DNA of 8,336 nucleotides from a virus (Duplodnaviria; Heunggongvirae; Uroviricota; Caudoviricetes): IMG/VR virus record IMGVR_UViG_2778261169_000006; one strand, 5' to 3'. Shown piece by piece: positions 5,741 to 8,336 of this stretch (position 1 is its first letter; each line of letters starts with the position of its first letter). The notes under the pieces were generated by a model. It saw only the letters and a program-made list of their open reading frames with translations, ran no database searches and was not told where the DNA came from. The position numbers and the translations under genes were made by a program.

Positions 5741-6834
5741 GAGGTCTTATTTCTGCTCCTTTGGAGCTCTTCAAAACGATTATGTAAAGATTTCGGATAC
5801 AGTTCGGTATATACCTGCCATAGCACGTTTAATGAACGATGCCCTGTAACCTGAGCGACTTCCTCAATACTAAAACCAGCCTCAAATAAGCGACTTGCCC
5901 CTTCTCTACGCAAATCATGGTATCGCAGATCTTTAATACCTAATTTGCTTCTTACCCTCTGAAATCCTGCAGTAACAGAAGTGCTGTTATATGGAAAAAT
6001 GAATTCCGATTTTTTGGGCTGTCGTTGGACGATATCCCAGGCTTCCCCAAGCAAGGCTACTTTCATGTGGTTGCCTTCCTTTTTGCGTGGATCTTTCCTG
6101 TCTCTTACGAGTATAGATTTTTGTTCCTGGTCGAGATCTTCCCATCGTAACCGGCATACTTCTCCGATCCGCATACAGGACCACACAGAAAATTTGAGGA
6201 TATCAACGAACGGAATTTTTGAGCATTTATGAGTAGATCGTTGTTGAAGGCCTTCAATGAGCATGTCCAGTTCATCAGATGCTGGTCTACGATTACGACG
6301 GTTTGATTTACCAATCAAACCAAGTTTAAGTAGATATGGGCGAGCGCTTTTCGCTGGGTTTGATGTGTAATTAATTCCATATACAGGTTTGGCAGCATCC
6401 AGAACACTGCCAAGATAACTAACATCGTGGCTAACTGTAGCTGGACCTGCACCAGCGTTGTTTCTTAGCCTGCAATGTTCAATTACGTCATTTTCTGTCA
6501 GTTCAGATAGTTTGATCGCGGAGATGTCACTATCCATAAGCAGTTCCAGCACATATCTTTTAGTACGGCCTGCTTTACCTCCGGCATTTGGGTCATTTAA
6601 ATATTTGTGTAGTAAGTCACGGACTGTAAGTCCGTCAACTGCATTTGATGATGGAATGCCATATAGATCTAATTCCATCACTTTCTGTGTGCCCCATGTT
6701 TTGGCATGAGCATGTTTAGGGAATGTTTTGCTTTCCCTGTAAGTGATAACACCTTTTTCTTTGATAATCACATTACAGCGATAGCGTGGTGTGCCATCGG
6801 ATTTTAGTCGTTTCTCTATGTTATAGTACGCCAT
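5737..6834 (-). CDS. int: Tyrosine site-specific recombinase / phage integrase, 365 aa
   Basis: C-terminal catalytic signature: MRIGEVCRLRWEDLD (box I Arg), HDLRREGASRLF (HxxR), GHRSLNVLWQVYTELY (His/Trp and Tyr nucleophile). GAGG SD 9 nt upstream of ATG (plus 6832-6834). Gene start abuts dusA. Confidence 0.85.
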   Translation of the reverse strand: MAYYNIEKRLKSDGTPRYRCNVIIKEKGVITYRESKTFPKHAHAKTWGTQKVMELDLYGIPSSNAVDGLTVRDLLHKYLNDPNAGGKAGRTKRYVLELLMDSDISAIKLSELTENDVIEHCRLRNNAGAGPATVSHDVSYLGSVLDAAKPVYGINYTSNPAKSARPYLLKLGLIGKSNRRNRRPASDELDMLIEGLQQRSTHKCSKIPFVDILKFSVWSCMRIGEVCRLRWEDLDQEQKSILVRDRKDPRKKEGNHMKVALLGEAWDIVQRQPKKSEFIFPYNSTSVTAGFQRVRSKLGIKDLRYHDLRREGASRLFEAGFSIEEVAQVTGHRSLNVLWQVYTELYPKSLHNRFEELQRSRNKTS

Positions 6835-6853
6835 TACACGACCTCGTTATTTC

Positions 6854-6890
6854 GGGTTCCCATAAAACGTGGGAACCTGTACGGGAACCT
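6854..6890. repeat. Cluster of GGGTTCCC / GGGAACCT 8-mers between int and dusA (candidate integrase-binding or att-associated sites)
   Basis: GGGTTCCC at 6854-6861 is the inverted complement of GGGAACC(C); direct copies of GGGAACCT at 6871-6878 and 6883-6890, each preceded by ACG. Three related sites within 37 bp, just upstream of the int start. Confidence 0.35.
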
Positions 6891-6922
6891 AACGCGAGAA
6901 AAATAGCCTGAAATGTTCAAAA

Positions 6923-7960
6923 ATGCACGATAATCATGAAACACAAAAAATTAATCAAACCAGCGTGATGCCTGAAAAAACTGACGTTCACTGGAGTGGT
7001 CGGTTTAGCGTTGCACCAATGCTCGACTGGACGGACAGACATTGCCGCTATTTCTTGCGTCTGCTTTCCCGCAATACGTTGCTGTATACCGAAATGGTGA
7101 CCACAGGGGCGATTATTCACGGTAAAGGTGATTATCTGGCGTACAGTGAAGAAGAACATCCGGTAGCGTTGCAACTGGGCGGTAGCGATCCGGCGGCGCT
7201 GGCGCAGTGTGCAAAGCTGGCAGAAGCGCGCGGATATGATGAGATCAACCTGAATGTCGGCTGCCCGTCTGACCGGGTGCAGAACGGCATGTTTGGTGCG
7301 TGTCTGATGGGTAATGCGCAGCTGGTTGCCGACTGCGTGAAAGCGATGCGCGATGTGGTGTCGATTCCGGTGACGGTGAAAACGCGTATTGGCATCGACG
7401 ACCAGGACAGCTATGAATTTCTCTGCGATTTCATCAATACCGTTTCCGGCAAAGGCGAGTGTGAGATGTTCATCATCCACGCACGTAAAGCCTGGCTTTC
7501 GGGGTTAAGCCCGAAAGAAAACCGTGAAATCCCGCCGCTCGATTATCCGCGTGTGTATCAACTGAAGCGTGACTTTCCGCATCTGACAATGTCGATTAAC
7601 GGTGGTATCAAGTCGCTGGAAGAGGCCAAAGCACACCTGCAACATATGGATGGCGTGATGGTCGGGCGCGAGGCGTATCAGAATCCGGGTATTCTGGCGG
7701 CGGTAGACCGGGAGATCTTTGGTTCCTCGGATACCGATGCCGATCCGGTGGCGGTAGTGCGCGCCATGTATCCGTACATTGAGCGTGAACTCAGCCAGGG
7801 GACGTATCTCGGCCATATTACCCGGCATATGTTGGGCTTGTTCCAGGGTATTCCTGGCGCGCGGCAGTGGCGGCGTTATTTAAGTGAAAATGCCCATAAA
7901 GCGGGTGCAGACATTAATGTGCTGGAACACGCGCTCAAACTGGTGGCGGATAAGCGTTAA
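6923..7960 (+). CDS. dusA: tRNA-dihydrouridine synthase A
   Basis: 345-aa ORF with Dus-family features ([54 protein letters not shown]), matching E. coli DusA as I recall it. Start codon uncertain (no clear SD before ATG 6923; in-frame ATG at 6968). Confidence 0.9.
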   Translation: MHDNHETQKINQTSVMPEKTDVHWSGRFSVAPMLDWTDRHCRYFLRLLSRNTLLYTEMVTTGAIIHGKGDYLAYSEEEHPVALQLGGSDPAALAQCAKLAEARGYDEINLNVGCPSDRVQNGMFGACLMGNAQLVADCVKAMRDVVSIPVTVKTRIGIDDQDSYEFLCDFINTVSGKGECEMFIIHARKAWLSGLSPKENREIPPLDYPRVYQLKRDFPHLTMSINGGIKSLEEAKAHLQHMDGVMVGREAYQNPGILAAVDREIFGSSDTDADPVAVVRAMYPYIERELSQGTYLGHITRHMLGLFQGIPGARQWRRYLSENAHKAGADINVLEHALKLVADKR

Positions 7961-7989
7961 CTTTTCACCAAAAAGTAGTCAAATTCACC

Positions 7990-8018
7990 ACGCCCTGCGC
8001 ACCGTCGCGGGGCGTTTT
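7990..8018 (+). terminator. Putative rho-independent terminator downstream of dusA
   Basis: CGCCCTGCG (7991-7999), loop CACCGT, CGCGGGGCG (8006-8014): 9-bp GC-rich stem with one G-U pair, followed by TTTT (8015-8018). Could alternatively overlap an enhancer site for the downstream sigma54 promoter. Confidence 0.45.
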
Positions 8019-8025
8019 GCTGTTA

Positions 8026-8058
8026 AATCAATAGATTATTTTTGGCATGATTCTTGTA
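8026..8058 (+). promoter_or_regulatory. IHF-like site plus sigma54-type (-24/-12) promoter upstream of pspG
   Basis: AATCAATAGATTA (8026-8038) fits WATCAANNNNTTR. TGGCATGATTCTTGTA (8043-8058) fits TGGCAC-N5-TTGCA with GG at -24 and TTGT at -12, the same deviation I recall for the pspA promoter. About 35 nt upstream of the pspG ATG. Confidence 0.5.
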
Positions 8059-8093
8059 ATGCCAGCAAGAGATTTCATATTTGGGAGAGCATC

Positions 8094-8336
8094 ATGCTGG
8101 AACTACTTTTTGTGATTGGCTTTTTTGTCATGCTGATGGTCACCGGCGTTTCGTTGCTGGGCATTATCGCCGCGCTGGTTGTGGCGACGGCCATTATGTT
8201 CCTCGGCGGTATGCTGGCATTGATGATTAAGTTGCTGCCGTGGTTACTACTGGCGATTGCGGTGGTGTGGGTTATTAAGGCGATTAAAGCACCAAAAGTG
8301 CCGAAATATCAGCGTTATGACCGCTGGCGTTACTAA
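8094..8336 (+). CDS. pspG: Phage shock protein G (small inner-membrane protein)
   Basis: 80-aa ORF MLELLFVIGFFVMLMVTGVSLLGIIAALVVATAIMFLGG..., two hydrophobic segments and basic C-terminus. GGGAGAG SD at 8083-8089. Position immediately downstream of dusA as in E. coli. The ORF-track start at 7884 overlaps dusA and lacks an SD. Confidence 0.85.
   Translation: MLELLFVIGFFVMLMVTGVSLLGIIAALVVATAIMFLGGMLALMIKLLPWLLLAIAVVWVIKAIKAPKVPKYQRYDRWRY

Larger units (their letters stand above)
1..6922. mobile_element. End of an integrated prophage or prophage remnant (tail-fibre module, SOS-regulated accessory genes, integrase) abutting host dusA
   Basis: Phage tail-fibre homologues, a tfa remnant, a DinI-like gene and a tyrosine integrase are contiguous. 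The integrase start lies 88 bp from the dusA start. Exact att junction not determinable from this window. Confidence 0.7.

Noticed and set aside
5981..6709. Small ORFs on both strands inside the integrase gene (5981-6232, 5987-6184, 6105-6314, 6458-6709)
   Set aside because: Embedded in or antisense to the integrase CDS, which has clear catalytic motifs; no independent support.
6917..7828. Minus-strand ORFs (6917-7480, 7132-7395, 7505-7828) inside dusA
   Set aside because: Antisense shadows of the conserved dusA reading frame.
7884..8093. Long N-terminal extension of pspG (ORF-track start at 7884)
   Set aside because: It overlaps the dusA 3' end, terminator and sigma54 promoter; the SD-preceded ATG at 8094 gives the expected 80-aa membrane protein.
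1..8336. CRISPR arrays, tRNA, rRNA, insertion-sequence inverted repeats
   Set aside because: No regularly spaced direct repeats, no cloverleaf-like conserved tRNA sequence, and no terminal inverted repeats flanking a transposase were found on reading either strand.

Overview
This window looks like one end of an integrated lambdoid-type prophage (or prophage remnant) lying next to the host genes dusA and pspG, in an E. coli-like enterobacterial context. All homology statements come from reading the translations and from memory of reference proteins; no database search was possible. Left to right: (1) a 5'-partial side tail fibre gene whose N-terminus matches the conserved lambdoid Stf anchor region, and whose divergent C-terminal part carries three tandem protein repeats and an SGNH/GDSL esterase-like domain; (2) an orphan 275-aa ORF tightly coupled downstream; (3) a near-consensus LexA (SOS) box followed by a translationally coupled bicistron encoding an unrecognisable 79-aa protein and a UmuD'-like protein that starts at the position of the UmuD cleavage site and appears to lack the Ser/Lys dyad; (4) a truncated tail-fibre N-terminal module and the last ~33 codons of a tail-fibre-assembly (tfa) gene; (5) on the opposite strand, a DinI-family gene driven by a promoter with two LexA boxes, immediately downstream of (6) a tyrosine integrase whose 5' end abuts dusA; (7) host dusA with a hairpin terminator, then an IHF-like site and sigma54-type promoter upstream of pspG. 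The strongest candidate for an undescribed system is the SOS-controlled 79-aa/UmuD'-mimic operon (3913-4505), which together with the convergent LexA-controlled dinI-like gene forms an SOS-responsive accessory module; its function cannot be assigned from sequence alone. No tRNA, rRNA or CRISPR features were seen.
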